DNA from: Octopus sinensis
Lineage: Eukaryota
Reading direction: 5' to 3'
Length of the DNA: 56,846 nt
Assembly: GCF_006345805.1 (NCBI RefSeq)
Contig: NW_021835094.1
Span: forward strand, 1-56,846
In this document: in pieces, positions 15,845 to 27,912 of the stretch
Layout: each line of letters starts with the position of its first letter
Numbering within the stretch: position 1 is the first letter of the stretch
Position numbers and translations under genes: made by a program
The notes under the pieces: generated by a model
Databases searched by the model: none
Told to the model about the DNA's origin: nothing
Seen by the model: only the letters and a program-made list of their open reading frames with translations

Positions 15845-16420
15845 AGCAAAAATGCTAGTTTTAAAACCTCTCTAAGAGATCAATGCAGCAGTTGCACTAA
15901 GAAGTAATGTTCAGAGCCACTTCAACATGGCTATCTGTTTGAATGGACTTCACTGTGAAGCAACATCTCCTCTAGTGGGTTAACAATGCACTGTCCATTC
16001 AAACGGAGAGCCATGTAGAAGTGGCCACGAACATTACTTGTTAGTACAAATACTGCATTGATTTCTCACAAATATTATAGAACTGGCATTTTTGTTTGTT
16101 GCAAAACCAGTGACTGTATGTCACTAGAAATTATATACATTGTGAGCAGAAGCGAGCTACTGACATCTCTAGCAGACAAGATGTCCAGTACTGAAGACAG
16201 GCAGAAGCAGCCCGAAAACAGGCTGGTCTACTGGTCCTCTTGCTAAAATGTAATAGTGGTTCATTCCCCTGCTCACAATATATTGGAGGCTGTGTGTATT
16301 GTTAACCAGCTAGAAGAGATGTCGTCTTCGGGTTAAAAAATCGTAGTGTAGTTTGTTCGAACAGCCAGCCATGTTGAAGGGCTATGAACATTACTTGCTT
16401 GTATGTAATATATATATTAT
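15845..16420 (+). mobile_element. Old three-armed inverted/direct repeat element with a degenerate hammerhead (PLE-like remnant)
   Basis: Arm 15845-15950 is the reverse complement of 15993-16097; 15885-16000 is the reverse complement of ~16290-16410. CTGAAGA...GAAAAC...GTC at 16191-16228, closed by CCAGTA/TACTGG. Confidence 0.6.
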
Positions 16421-16424
16421 ATTT

Positions 16425-16975
<551 letters not shown>

Positions 16976-17724
16976 TGAGATGCTTATTATTTAAGTTTAT
17001 AGCTATCCTTCACCATCACCCATCAACTAAAAGCCTTCAAGTTGGTGCTCCAGCTTGGCCACAGTTCAATGTCTGAAACAAGTAAAAGGTAAAGGATAGA
17101 AATAAGTCCTTGTGGGGTTGATTTATTTAACTAAACCACTTCAAGGTATAACCCCCAGCCAGCATGGCTGCAGTCCAATGACTGAAGCAAGCTTTAAAAG
17201 AATATTCTATGGGCCACAGATATTTCTAGCACTTTCTATATTTATCCAAGTTTTATTTCTGCCTGGAACCAAAGTAGGAAAACAATGTACCTGAGACGCC
17301 CATCAATGCTGAAATTCCTGCTGCTCACCATTGTTCTTTTATCTCCAGACTAGTGAGTTTTCTTTTTTTATTAATTAAGGTTTGCTGATTCTGTGAGGCT
17401 TTCATCTTACTTGTTCACAGTCATTTGCTGTTCCTCATCCTCTCACCAATTGATGTCTCTCACCCTCTCTCCAGTTCCTCTTCCTCATCCTCTCACCAAA
17501 TAATATCCCTCATCCTCTCCCCAATTGATGTTCCTCACCCTCTCTCCTGTTCCTCTTCCTCATCCTCTCTCTAAGTGACTATGATTTTATTAGAACTAAA
17601 AATTTACAATCTATGTTATTCAGTGTAGCTTTATTGAAACAAAGAACTCATACAAGGTTCATTTATTGACTTCTGTCTCCTGACAAAGCCTCAAATAGGA
17701 CTTTAGCCCTTTAGCCCTTTAGCC

Positions 17725-17935
17725 CTTCAGGTTACTCTACGAAATGTAATGCTTGTTCATTCACATTGTTTTAAATTAATTATGCATTGTCTCATAGCTT
17801 TGAAATTTCAATGGCGTGATTGTTCATTTTTAAAATGACATTGTAGGGTGGGTGTGAGAGACACCTGGTTTGGCCAGATTGAACATAAAATGGGTGGGAA
17901 ATTTAGGCCAAATTTAGTCAGGTTAAAAGCTAAAA
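17725..17935 (+). repeat. Dispersed repeat of unknown class; second copy at ~18985-19150
   Basis: CATTCACATTGTTTT..AATTAAT...ATGACATTGT.GGGT.GGTGT shared between the two sites. Confidence 0.6.
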
Positions 17936-17949
17936 GTGAAATTGTAGCC

Positions 17950-18329
17950 ATGGCCGATGCTGGTGTTATGTAACTAGCATGTAAAAAGCACCTGTTGAGC
18001 GTTGAGCCTCACAGAGGCAAAGTGGCCAATGCTGGTGGCATGTGGAAAGCTCCTTTCAAATGTTGGGCCGCACAGAGGCAATGACAAATGACCGACACCA
18101 TGGCATTAAGTGGGGCTTGAGAAAAAGACCCATCAAGCCAAGTAAAATTGAAGTTGTGACAGATACTGGTGTCACGCAAATGGTACCCATGCTGGTGGCA
18201 TGTAAAAGCACCCATTACATTCATGGAGCGGATAGCATTAGGAAAGGAACCATGCCAAATCAGTCTAGAGTCTGGTGCAGCCTTTCAGACCACCTAACAA
18301 GCATTAAAACAGATGTTAAATGATGATGA
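17950..18329 (+). mobile_element. Degenerate family B retroposon with (GAT) tail
   Basis: Internal GCATGTAAAAAGCACC subrepeats and a ...GTTAAATGATGATG end. Confidence 0.6.
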
Positions 18330-18352
18330 ATATATATATATATATATATATA

Positions 18353-18536
18353 ATATTAATTAGAGACAAAACCACTATTTTGCAAAACAAACAAGGAAGA
18401 CTTATCAATACATAAAATTTTAATAAAAAGTAAAACAAACCGCCACTACAATTGTTTCATGTCTAATGAAATTTTATGTATTGATTAGTCTTTCCTGTTT
18501 GTTTTGGCAAAATAGTGGTTTTGTCTCTAATAATAT
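18353..18536 (-). mobile_element. Foldback element with ~68-bp inverted arms and a half-hammerhead in the spacer
   Basis: Arms 18353-18421 and 18469-18536. Spacer contains minus-strand GAAAC-AATT-GTA (18444-18458). Adjacent to (TA)n. Confidence 0.7.
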
Positions 18537-18627
18537 TATATAATATTTACTATAAAAATGGATTTAATCCTAAATCTGATTTTTCCCTGTAACTTTAGAT
18601 TATTCCCTAATATATATATACATAGTC

Positions 18628-18821
18628 TGTGCCGGTGATACGTAAAAAGCACCCACTACACTCACGAAGTGGTTGGCATTAGGAAGGGCAGGCATCCAGC
18701 TGTAGAAACACTGCCAGATCAGACTGGAGCCTGGTGCAGCCTCCTGGCTTCCCAGACCCTGGTCGAACCGTCCAACCCATGCTAGCATGGAAAACAGACG
18801 TTAAACGATGATGATGATGAT
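18628..18821 (+). mobile_element. Family B retroposon 3' end with (GAT)n tail
   Basis: GGTTGGCATTAGGAAGGGCA...CCAACCCATGCTAGCATGG...GTTAAACGATGATGATG. Confidence 0.85.
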
Positions 18822-18834
18822 ACAACAAGCTTAT

Positions 18835-18985
18835 TTCAATTTCTTTCTACCAAATCCACTCACAAGGTTTTGGTTGGCCTAAGGCTATAGTAGAAGACAT
18901 TTGCCCAAGGTTTCACACAGTGAGACTGAACCTGGAACCATGTGGTTCAGAAGCAAACTTCTTGCCACACAGCCATGCCTGCACC
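18835..18985 (-). mobile_element. SINE family C 5' half (tRNA head + CORE-like segment)
   Basis: Minus strand GGCTGTGTGGCAAGAAGTTTGCT...GGTTCAGTCTCACTGTGTGAAACCTTGGGCAAATGTCTT. Confidence 0.8.
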
Positions 18986-19264
18986 TCATTCACATTGTTT
19001 TGAATTAATCATGATTTATCTCGTAACTTTCAAGATTTCAATGATGTGATAGTTTATTTTTAAGATGACATTGTTGGGTTGGTGTAAGAAGCTGGATCTG
19101 GTCAGTTTGAACACAAGACAGGTGGAATATTTGGACCAGTTAGATTTAACAAAACTATATCCCATATTGATTTTGTAGAAGGATAATTTAGTATGTTTCC
19201 TATGGGACTCCATACGGTTAATTAGGAACTACACACTATGTCCCATGCTTAATCAATACAGTTA

Positions 19265-19710
19265 TTGATCTGTCTTTGTAGTTGTTTTCCCCCAATGCTT
19301 GACAACCCGTGTTGGTTTGTTCACATCCCCATGACCTAGTGGTTCGGCAAAAGAGACTAATAGACTAAATACGAGGATTAGTAAAGTAAAATAAGTCCTT
19401 GGGTCAATTTATTCAACGAAACCCCTTCAAGGCAGTGCCCTAGCATGTCTAATGACTAAAACAAGTAAAAGATAACAGAAAAATAAGATCTGGGGTTGAT
19501 TTGTTTGATTAAAGCCCTTCAAGGTGGTGCTCCAACATGGCCACAGTCCATTGACTGAAACAAGTAAAAGATAAAAGATAAAAACAAGTATTGGGGTCAA
19601 TTTGTTTGACTAAAACCTCTCAAGGCGGGGCCCCAGAATGAAATTAAAACCCTTCAAGGCAGTGCTCCAGCATGGCCACAATCAATGACTGAATCAAAAA
19701 AAAAAAGATA
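19265..19710 (+). mobile_element. SINE family C 3' half with ~3 tandem terminal modules
   Basis: ~95-bp module (TAAGTCCT.GGG...CCCTTCAAGG..GTGCTCCAGCATGG...GAAACAAGTAAAAGATA) repeated. Confidence 0.75.
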
Positions 19711-19976
19711 TAAGATAGAGCTAAATTGCCTATGTCAGCTGCAGTGGTGTACAGAGTTCGATAAATTGTGAATGTCCCCTGGTGTGAGGTGTTTCATAAC
19801 GTCACATATAAGCTCCTTTGGGTCCATACAGTACTTATATACTCAACTAGTACATTACTAACTATGACAGCTGTATCCACAAACAGGACCATGCAGTAAC
19901 TATGAAACAGCCTTATTCCTTATTTAGAGCAATTTAAGATACATTTATTAACCTGGGTCCCTGTCTGAGGCAGCAC

Positions 19977-20231
19977 ATCATCATCATCATCATCATTTAA
20001 CGTCCGCTTTCCATGCTAGCATGGGTTGGACGATTTGACTGAGGTCTGGCAAACCAGACTCCAATCTGATCTGGCAGAGTTTCAACAGCTGGATGCCCTT
20101 CCTAATGCCAACCACTCCGAGAGGCAATGGCCATGCCCAAATGGTGCTTTTTACGTGCAACTGCACAGGAGCCAGTCTAGTGCACTGGCGACGACCTCAC
20201 TCGAATATTTCATGTGCCACCTACACAGGCT
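19977..20231 (-). mobile_element. Family B retroposon 3' end
   Basis: (CAT)n followed by TTTAACGTCCGCTTTCCATGCTAGCATGGGTTGGACG on the + strand. Confidence 0.85.
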
Positions 20232-20362
20232 TCATTAATTAACTTAAGTCCCCATCAGGGGCAGTACAAAAACAGAATATACTCTATGGAAAGATATTTT
20301 TTGATTTTATTTGTGTCAGTCATTGACACACATAAATATGTACATATATTCATACATATAAA

Positions 20363-21310
20363 GTGTCGCTGTGTGGTAATTAGTTTACTTACCAATCACA
20401 TGGTTCCAGGTTCAGTCCCACTACATGGCATCTTGGGCAAGTGTCTTCTACTATAGCCTTGGGCCGACCAAAGCCTTGTGAGTGGATTTGGTAGACGGAA
20501 ACTGAAAGAAGTCTATTGTCATCATCATCATCATCATCATCGTTTATCGCCCGCTTTCCATGCTAGCATGGGTTGGACGATTTGACTGAGGACTGGCGAA
20601 CCAGATGGCTGCACCAGGCTCCTGTCTGATCTGGCAGAGTTTCTACAGCTGGATGCCCTTCCTAATGCCAACCACTTTGAGAGTATAGTGGCTGCTTTTA
20701 CGTGCCACAGGCACGAGAGCCAGTCAGACGGTACTGGTAGCGGCCACACTCAAATGGTGTTTTCTATGTGCCACCTGCACAGGAGCTAGTCCAGTGGCCC
20801 TGGCAATGACCTCGCTCGAATGTCTTTTTCATGTGCCGTAAGGCGATGCTGGTAACGATCAAATGGTGCTTTTTACGTAACACCAGCACAGAAGCCAGTT
20901 AGCTGCTCTGGCAACGATCATGCTCAGATGGTGCTCTTAGCGCTCCACTAGCACGGATTCCAGTCATCAAATTTGATTTTGATTTCACTTGCCTCAACAG
21001 GTCTTCGCAAACAGAGTTTACTATCCAATGAAGGAAAGGTACACATAAGTGGGCTGGTTACACCCCTGGCATAGGCCATGGGGTTATGGTCTTACATGGC
21101 TTGCCAGGTTTTATACAAGTGTATATGTTTGTGTGTCTGTCTCCCCACCATCATTTGACATCTGGTGTTGATGTGTTTACATTCCTGTAACTTAGAAGTT
21201 CGGCAAAAAAGACCGATAGAATAAGTACTAGGCTTACAAAGAATAAGTCCTGGGATCGATTTGTTCGTCTAAAGGCGGTGCTCCAGCATGGCTGCAGTCA
21301 AATGAATGAA
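20363..21310 (+). mobile_element. SINE family C split by a ~590-bp family B insertion (20519-21108, minus)
   Basis: Head 20363-20515 and 3' half 21125-21310 flank an opposite-strand family B copy. Confidence 0.8.
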
Positions 21311-21394
21311 ACAAATAAAAGAATAAAAGAACATACATACATATTCATGCAAACATACATACATACATATACACTCAAACAGACACACACATGT

Positions 21395-21433
<39 letters not shown>

Positions 21434-21887
21434 GAAAGAGCCTAAATAATAGGCTTCATCCATTTATTTACTTGCAGCTCTTCTGATATGCATTTTGGAT
21501 GCGTTCATGGTTCTGTTTACTCAACTGGTCAATTGATCGATTGAAAAACTGCTGAACAACTGTTAAAAATGCTCTCATCTTTGGAGTCAGTACATCAAGT
21601 GCCAAAAGTATATATCAAGAGGGGGGAAAATGCACCAAAGGACCATAAAAGAAGACAGGGAAAAAAATAAGGAAACACTTAAGCCGTAGATATGCTCATC
21701 CCTCATCCGTTATCGGACAAAAATCATCATAGTTTCGCTCCATTATCAATACGGTTGTCCATTTTGGTAGTGTCAAGAGCAAAATGCAGCCAAGATATGT
21801 GTGTGGATATAGAGGATGGTGACGAAAAGAAATGATAAACGATGACAGAATAAGGACAAGACAATGGAAAGTGACACAGTTGTTTTT

Positions 21888-21932
<45 letters not shown>

Positions 21933-21934
21933 CT

Positions 21935-22232
21935 CACTGTGGCCGACCAGGCTATCAGATGTTTCTACACATCGCTGGTCACAGTGTGCTTTGCATTGTT
22001 TTAGTCTTCAAATAACGCCACCCCGCTCGCTAAGCGAGCAGGCCAACAGAAGAAAGAGTGAGAGAATGTTGTGACGAAAGAGTACAGCATGGATCGCCAC
22101 CAGCCCCTGCCGGAGGCCCGTGGAGATTTAGGTGTTTTCACTCAATAAACACTCACAACCCTGGTCTGGGAATAGAAACCGCAATCCTATGACCGCAAGT
22201 CTGCTGCCCTAACCACTGGGCCATTGCGCATC

Positions 22233-22235
<3 letters not shown>
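21935..22235 (-). mobile_element. tRNA-derived SINE with family D head and a different tail
   Basis: Minus GGATGCGCAATGGCCCAGTGGTTAGGGCAGCAGACTTGCGGTC..., body shared with 3310-3500. Confidence 0.75.
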
Positions 22236-22269
<34 letters not shown>

Positions 22270-22679
22270 GCACATTTAAAGGCCCTTTGGCTGTGCAAAA
22301 GCATCAAGACAAGACATGTGCAGAAGTAAAACCAATGGAAGAGAATGTCCTTATAGGACTTCAAAAGAAATGTAGAGAGATAAGAAAGGAAAATGGAAAT
22401 ATAGATAAGGGAGATCAAATGAAAGGTGGGGAAAGATAGATGAACCTGGTGCTGAAAGCATATTTTAAGAGCAGAGCTCAAAAGAACATGACTGAACAGG
22501 TCAGTGGTCAAGCAGGGAGAAAGGGGCTGGTCATGTGGTGCCAATAAGGGAGGGAGAGACGGTGGGGGATGGGTAGTGAAGAGTAGATAGAACGGCAGAG
22601 AGTGGGGGGAGGAAAGAGAGGAAGAGCAGGAAAAGATGAGAGAGAGTTAGAGAAAGTTGGTGGAGGGTGGGGACAGATA

Positions 22680-23126
22680 TGAAAAAAGATAGAAAGAAAG
22701 AAAGAAAGAAGGAAAGGAAAGAAAGAAAGAAGGGAAGAAGAAAAGACTGAAAGAAAGAAAGAAAGGAAGGAAGGACGGAAGGAATGAAGGAAGGAAGGGA
22801 AGAAAGAATGAAAGGAAGGAAGGGAGGAAAGAAAGAAAGAAGGAAAGAAAGAAAGAAAGAAAGAAAGAAAGAAGGAAAGAAGGAAAGAAAGAAAGAAGGA
22901 AAGGAAAGAAAGAAAGAAGGGAAGGAGGAAAGAAGGAAAGAAGGAAAGAAAGAAAGAAAGGAAGAAGGAAGAAGGAAGGAAGGAAGAAGAAGGAGGAAAG
23001 AAGACAAATGAAAGGAAGGAAGGAAAGAAAGGAAGAAAGAAGGAAAGAAAGAAAGAAAGGAAGGAAAGGAAAGAAAGAAAGAAGGGAAGAAGGAAAGAAG
23101 GAAGGAAGGAAGGAAGAAAGAGAGAG

Positions 23127-23161
<35 letters not shown>

Positions 23162-23690
23162 CAGAAGGAAAGGCAGAAGGAAAGAAAGATGCAAAAAAGA
23201 AAGAAAGAAAGGAAGGAAGGAAGGAAGGAAAGACAAAATGAAAGGAAGGAAGGAAGGAAGGAAAGAAGGAAAGAAAGAAAGAAAGAAGGGAAGAAGGAAA
23301 GAAGGAAGAAAGAAAAAAGAAAAAAAAGAAGAAGGAGGAAGACAGGAAAAAGAAACAAGGAAAGAAAGAAAGAAGAAGAAAGGAAGGAAGAACGGAAGGA
23401 AGGAAAAGGAAGGATGGAAAGGAAGAAGAAAGAGAGAAAGAAAGAAAAAGACAGAAAAAGAAGAAAGAAAGGAAAGAAAGAAAAAAGGAAAGAAAGATGT
23501 AAAAAAGAAAGAAGAAGAAGAAGAAAGAATGAAAGAGGAAGGAAGGAAGAAGGAGGAAAGAAAGAAGAAAGAAAGAAAGAAGGCAGGAAGGAAGTAATAA
23601 AGAAGAAAAAAGAAAGAAAGGAAGGAAAGAAAGTAAAGAAAGAAAGAAAGAGAGAGACAGAGAGAGGAAAGAGGAGAGGAGAATAGTAAG
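22680..23690. repeat. ~1-kb polypurine (GAAA/GGAA)n tract
   Basis: Almost exclusively A/G on the + strand. Confidence 0.95.
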
Positions 23691-23700
23691 GTTGTAAATA

Positions 23701-23925
23701 TATTTCTTTACTACCCACAAGGGGCTAAACACAGAGGGGACAAACAAGGACAGACAAAGGGATTAAGTCGATTATATCGACCCCAGTGCGTAACTGGTAC
23801 TTAATTTACGACCCCGAAAGGATGAAAGGAAAAGTCGACCTCGGCGGAAATTGAACTCAGAACGTAACGACAGACGAAATACGGATACGCATTTCGCCCG
23901 GCGTGCTAACGTTTCTGCCAACTCG
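23701..23925 (-). mobile_element. SINE family A
   Basis: Near-full match to the family A consensus; first few head bases missing. Confidence 0.9.
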
Positions 23926-24316
23926 GACCGAACTGGAAAGTGGAAGAAATAGAAGCAAAGTAAAGTGAGAAGGGCAACGGGACTGACAGAAAGAAAGAAA
24001 TGCAGAATGAAGATGGAAGGAATTGTAGAGAGAAAGAAAAGGAATAAAGAAGGGCGTAGCCAGAGTATGTGGCCGCTTGGGGCAGCCCTTCCGTTTTCCA
24101 CTCTGGACCCCACAAAAAGCATGTATTGCATACAGCAGACCCAAAAGTGCCACCTGTTTAAAAGTGCCGCCCGGGGGCGGACCTCCCCTCCTCCTACCTA
24201 GTTAGAGAATAGTAAAGTGAAATGGGTCGACACAAAATAATAGAGAGGTAAGGTGATAAGAAAGCAAAGTTAGACAAAGGAGAGAGCGAGGGAGAGAGAT
24301 GTCGTACCAAATATTA

Positions 24317-24549
24317 CCTATTTCTTTATTGCCCACAAGGGTCTAAACACAGAGGGGACAAACAATGACAGACAAACGGGTTAAGTCGATTATATCGACC
24401 CCAGTGCCTAAATGGTACTTATTTAAGCAATCCAGAAAGGCTGAAAGGCAAAGTCGACCTCGGCGGAATTTGAACTCAGAACGTAACGGCAGACGAAATA
24501 CGGCTACGCATTTCACCCGGCGCGCTAACGTTTCTGCCAGCTCGCCGCC
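24317..24549 (-). mobile_element. SINE family A
   Basis: Full-length match. Confidence 0.9.
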
Positions 24550-24827
24550 TTTGTACGGGGTACCACTGAGTGTGGGAAGAGAAGAGATGGCACGTGCCGT
24601 TATGCTAAGTAATAAAGGGTAACAAATTGCACTAAAGAACGACAAAAGGAACACACGGTAAAACCGCACATAAGATGTGTACGTGTTCATCGCTCATCAG
24701 TAATAGGCAAAAATCATTACAATTTTGCGTTATTACGGGTTAAGATTGTCCATTTTGGTGATGAAAGCAGCTGAGATAAGTGAGCCAGATATGACAGGAC
24801 GAAAACGGACAAATGATAAACGACGAC

Positions 24828-25144
24828 GGTACTACTAGCGAACAGTGGTCCCGGTGCGCGCACTCGCGCATCCACGCTAGCTAGTTGTAAGTAGTCGATC
24901 CTACAACGACTTGCGAGTATGTTTGTATTTCAAGGCTGAATACATATCAAAGAAAATTAAATAATATTTTTCGAACAAAGTAAATAATTTTTTTAACTAA
25001 GTAAATAAATTATTTTTAGAAACAAACAAGGGTTAGGGTTAGGGTTAAAAAATTAGGTTTAGGGTTAAAACGTCGTTGTAGGATCGACTAGCTAGTGCTG
25101 ATGTGCGAGTGCGCGCACCGGGACCACTGTTCATAAGTAGTACC
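24828..25144. mobile_element. MITE family M2 (GG...CC termini, 8-bp TSD; Merlin-like)
   Basis: ~75-bp TIRs starting GGTACTACT; perfect TSD ACGACGAC (24820-24827, 25145-25152); internal GGGTTA repeats. Confidence 0.85.
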
Positions 25145-25504
25145 ACGACGACAATAAGAGACGTGGCAAAATTGAAAACCACACACACGACTGTTTTCTT
25201 TCTGTCTCTTATAAGATCTACTCACATGGCATTAGCCAACCCAGGGTTATAGTAGAAGGCAACATTTGCCCAAGGATCCACGCTATGGAACTGAATCTGG
25301 AACCATGTTGTTGGGAAGCAAACGGTTAGCACACACACTCAAGACTCGCTAGAAATTTGGTCAATTTTAGTAGTAAAAGGGAAATAACTCAAAAGATATA
25401 AATTGGAAGTTACTTACCTTTATTTATAAATCTAATTGAATGTTTCGTTTTTGGATTTGGTTTGCAAGATTCTTTATATGAGATCGTGTGTTGAAGCATA
25501 TTCT

Positions 25505-25755
25505 GTTGTGTCTGGGGAGAGTCGTTTTCTTTTTGTGCCTTACCCACCGGTAAAATCTCCACGTTTTTCTTATTTTTATTTTTCTAAAGTTTTCGTTGCG
25601 TCTTGCAACCTTTTCAATAGTTTTGACTCTGTCCGTTATTGCAAGACGCAACGAAAATTTTAGGACAATAAAAATAAGAAAAAAAGTGGAAATTTTACCG
25701 GTGAGTGTGTTACATTATAAGGCACAAAAAGAAAATGACTCTCCCCAGACACAAC
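25505..25755. mobile_element. Palindromic foldback/MITE-like element
   Basis: ~100-bp inverted arms (GTTGTGTCTGGGGAGAGTC... / ...GACTCTCCCCAGACACAAC) with a ~30-bp spacer; no clear TSD. Confidence 0.75.
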
Positions 25756-25989
25756 TAATTGAATATATTTTACACTTCTGGAGTCCACAGAAACAAGATG
25801 CCAAAATGGATTCATACATCCACTCTCAATTTGTATTAAGTATAAAAGAAGAACCCCAAAGACATTACTGTCCGAATGAGAAGAAGAAATGAACGAATGG
25901 TTTCAGTTTGAAAATATATAAGCATATTTTAAGCATAGTTGCAGGTCTTCTATACAAACATACATACATACATAAATAGAGATACATAG

Positions 25990-26092
25990 ATACACATGTG
26001 TGTGTGTGTATATATATATTATATGATATATATATATATATATATATATAGATATATTATATATATATATATTATATATATATATATTATAT

Positions 26093-26131
<39 letters not shown>

Positions 26132-26148
26132 TATATATATATATATAT

Positions 26149-26206
<58 letters not shown>

Positions 26207-26260
26207 ATATATACATACATATATACTATACAATAGTCGTGTGTGTGTGTGTGTGTGTGT
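25990..26260. repeat. (TA)n-rich compound microsatellite
   Basis: Seen directly. Confidence 0.95.
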
Positions 26261-26571
26261 ATATAATTTTATATTTAAGAAAAAAAGATTTCCTATAACC
26301 GTTTCTATATTTGTCTAACATTTTATTCTGAAGCAAACGTATATTGAATTCAACACCAAGTTATTAGTATCACCATGTCTAAGCGAAATATAGTTATCCA
26401 TCTCTCTTTCTCTCTCTCTCTCTCTCTCAATCTCTCTTTTTCTCTTTCTATCTCTCTCTCTCATTGTATACACATACACACATACACACACAAACACACA
26501 CACACACACACACGCATGCACACACACACACATACACACACACACACTTATATATATATTCTTTGCATTTC

Positions 26572-26939
26572 TAATTTCTTTATTGCCCACAAGGGGCTAA
26601 ACATGGAGGGGACAAACAAGGACAGACAAAGGGATTATGTCAATTACATCGACCCCAGTGCATAACTGGTACCTAATTTATCGACCCCGAAAGAATGAAA
26701 GGCAAAGTCAATCTAATCGGCCTGAAGCTGTAGTAGAAGACACTTGTGCAAGGTGCCACACGGTGGGATTGAACCCTGAACCATATGGTTGGGAAGCTGG
26801 GACTTTGCCTTTCATCCCTTCAGGGTCGATTAAATAAGTACCAGTTACACACTGGGGTCGATATAATCGACTTAATCCGTTTGTCTGTCCTTGTTTGTCG
26901 TCTCTGTGTTTAGCCCCTTGTGGGTAGTAAAATAGGTAT
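26572..26939. mobile_element. Inverted pair of 5'-truncated family A SINEs around a family C fragment
   Basis: 26572-26710 (-) and ~26790-26939 (+) both end near GACTTTGCCTTTC; 26715-26790 is a family C head fragment. Confidence 0.8.
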
Positions 26940-27339
26940 GTCCCTTGCATCCATCTTCAGCTGAGCATCCCTAATCTTGCAGACTCATGGGTGCTTGTGC
27001 CACGTAAATACACCCTTCCCGGTGCTGCATATATGCATCCAATACACTCTGTAAAGAGGCTGGTTTTAGGAAAGGCATCCAGCCATAGAAACCAGGTCAA
27101 AAGGGACACGAAACCCATGCCAGCATGGAAAACACATGCTAAATGTTGATGATTATTTACCCAGGGTCAGATTCTGTGATGAGGCTCAGTAATTCAGGTA
27201 TTTTGGCAAAAATGGTGCTATTCCTTACTCCTTGATGGCTCCCAGGTTTGTTCTAACCTGGATTGGTAGTTACCTTTTAGTTGCCCCAGATTGACCTTTC
27301 GTTAAAGTATACAGAACTAGGAGGAAAACTGGCCTCAAC

Positions 27340-27557
27340 ACATCTCACCGGCAACTCCTGTGACTCATCTGATACCAAGCTGTATCGACCTGCCGTTCCC
27401 TTGGAGCTACCAGCTGCGTAGAGAGTGGGGGGAGATCAAACTGCAGAGGCAACAGCTGATCCCTCATACAAACCTGCCCAGGCCTTGTGGCTCAACAGGA
27501 AGAGGACTGGAGAGCTCCAAGCTACACCATTGTCTCTCGAGACGGACGGATGCCAAC
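27340..27557 (+). mobile_element. Short RTE-like element, 5'-truncated copy of 28340-28880
   Basis: High similarity to 28670-28880; both end at GGACGGATGCCAAC / AGACGGATGCCAAC. Confidence 0.7.
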
Positions 27558-27654
27558 TAGCTTCTCACACCTACCCTCTGATGTCATTTTAAAAATAAAC
27601 CCTTACATCATCAAAATCTCAGCTAAAAGACAGTTTGTGATTAATTCAAGACAA

Positions 27655-27912
27655 TCATCATCATCATCATCATTTACCATCCGCTTTCCATGCTAGCATG
27701 GGTTGGACGATTTGACTGAGGTCTGGCGAACCAAACTCCAATCTGATCTGGCAGAGTTTCTACAGCTGGATGCCCCTCCTAACGCCAACCACTCCGAGAG
27801 TGTAGTGGGTGCTTTTACGTGCCACCGGCATGAGGGCCAGTTTGGTGGAACTGGCAACGGCCACGCCCAAATGGTGCTTTTTACATGCCACCTGCACAGG
27901 AGCCAGTCCAGC
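27655..27912 (-). mobile_element. Family B retroposon 3' end
   Basis: Same motifs as the other family B copies, with (CAT)n. Confidence 0.85.

Noticed and set aside
22508-23747. F/L/S-rich and K/E/R-rich ORFs
   Set aside because: Translations of (GAAA/GGAA)n.
24690-24740. Minus-strand CUGAUGA hammerhead core; related repeat at 21690-21890
   Set aside because: No downstream GAAA with a paired helix II; the alternative type II topology has no helix I.
25030-25066. Interstitial telomere or chromosome-fusion scar (also 39597, 46053)
   Set aside because: The TTAGGG units lie inside TIR-bounded MITEs.
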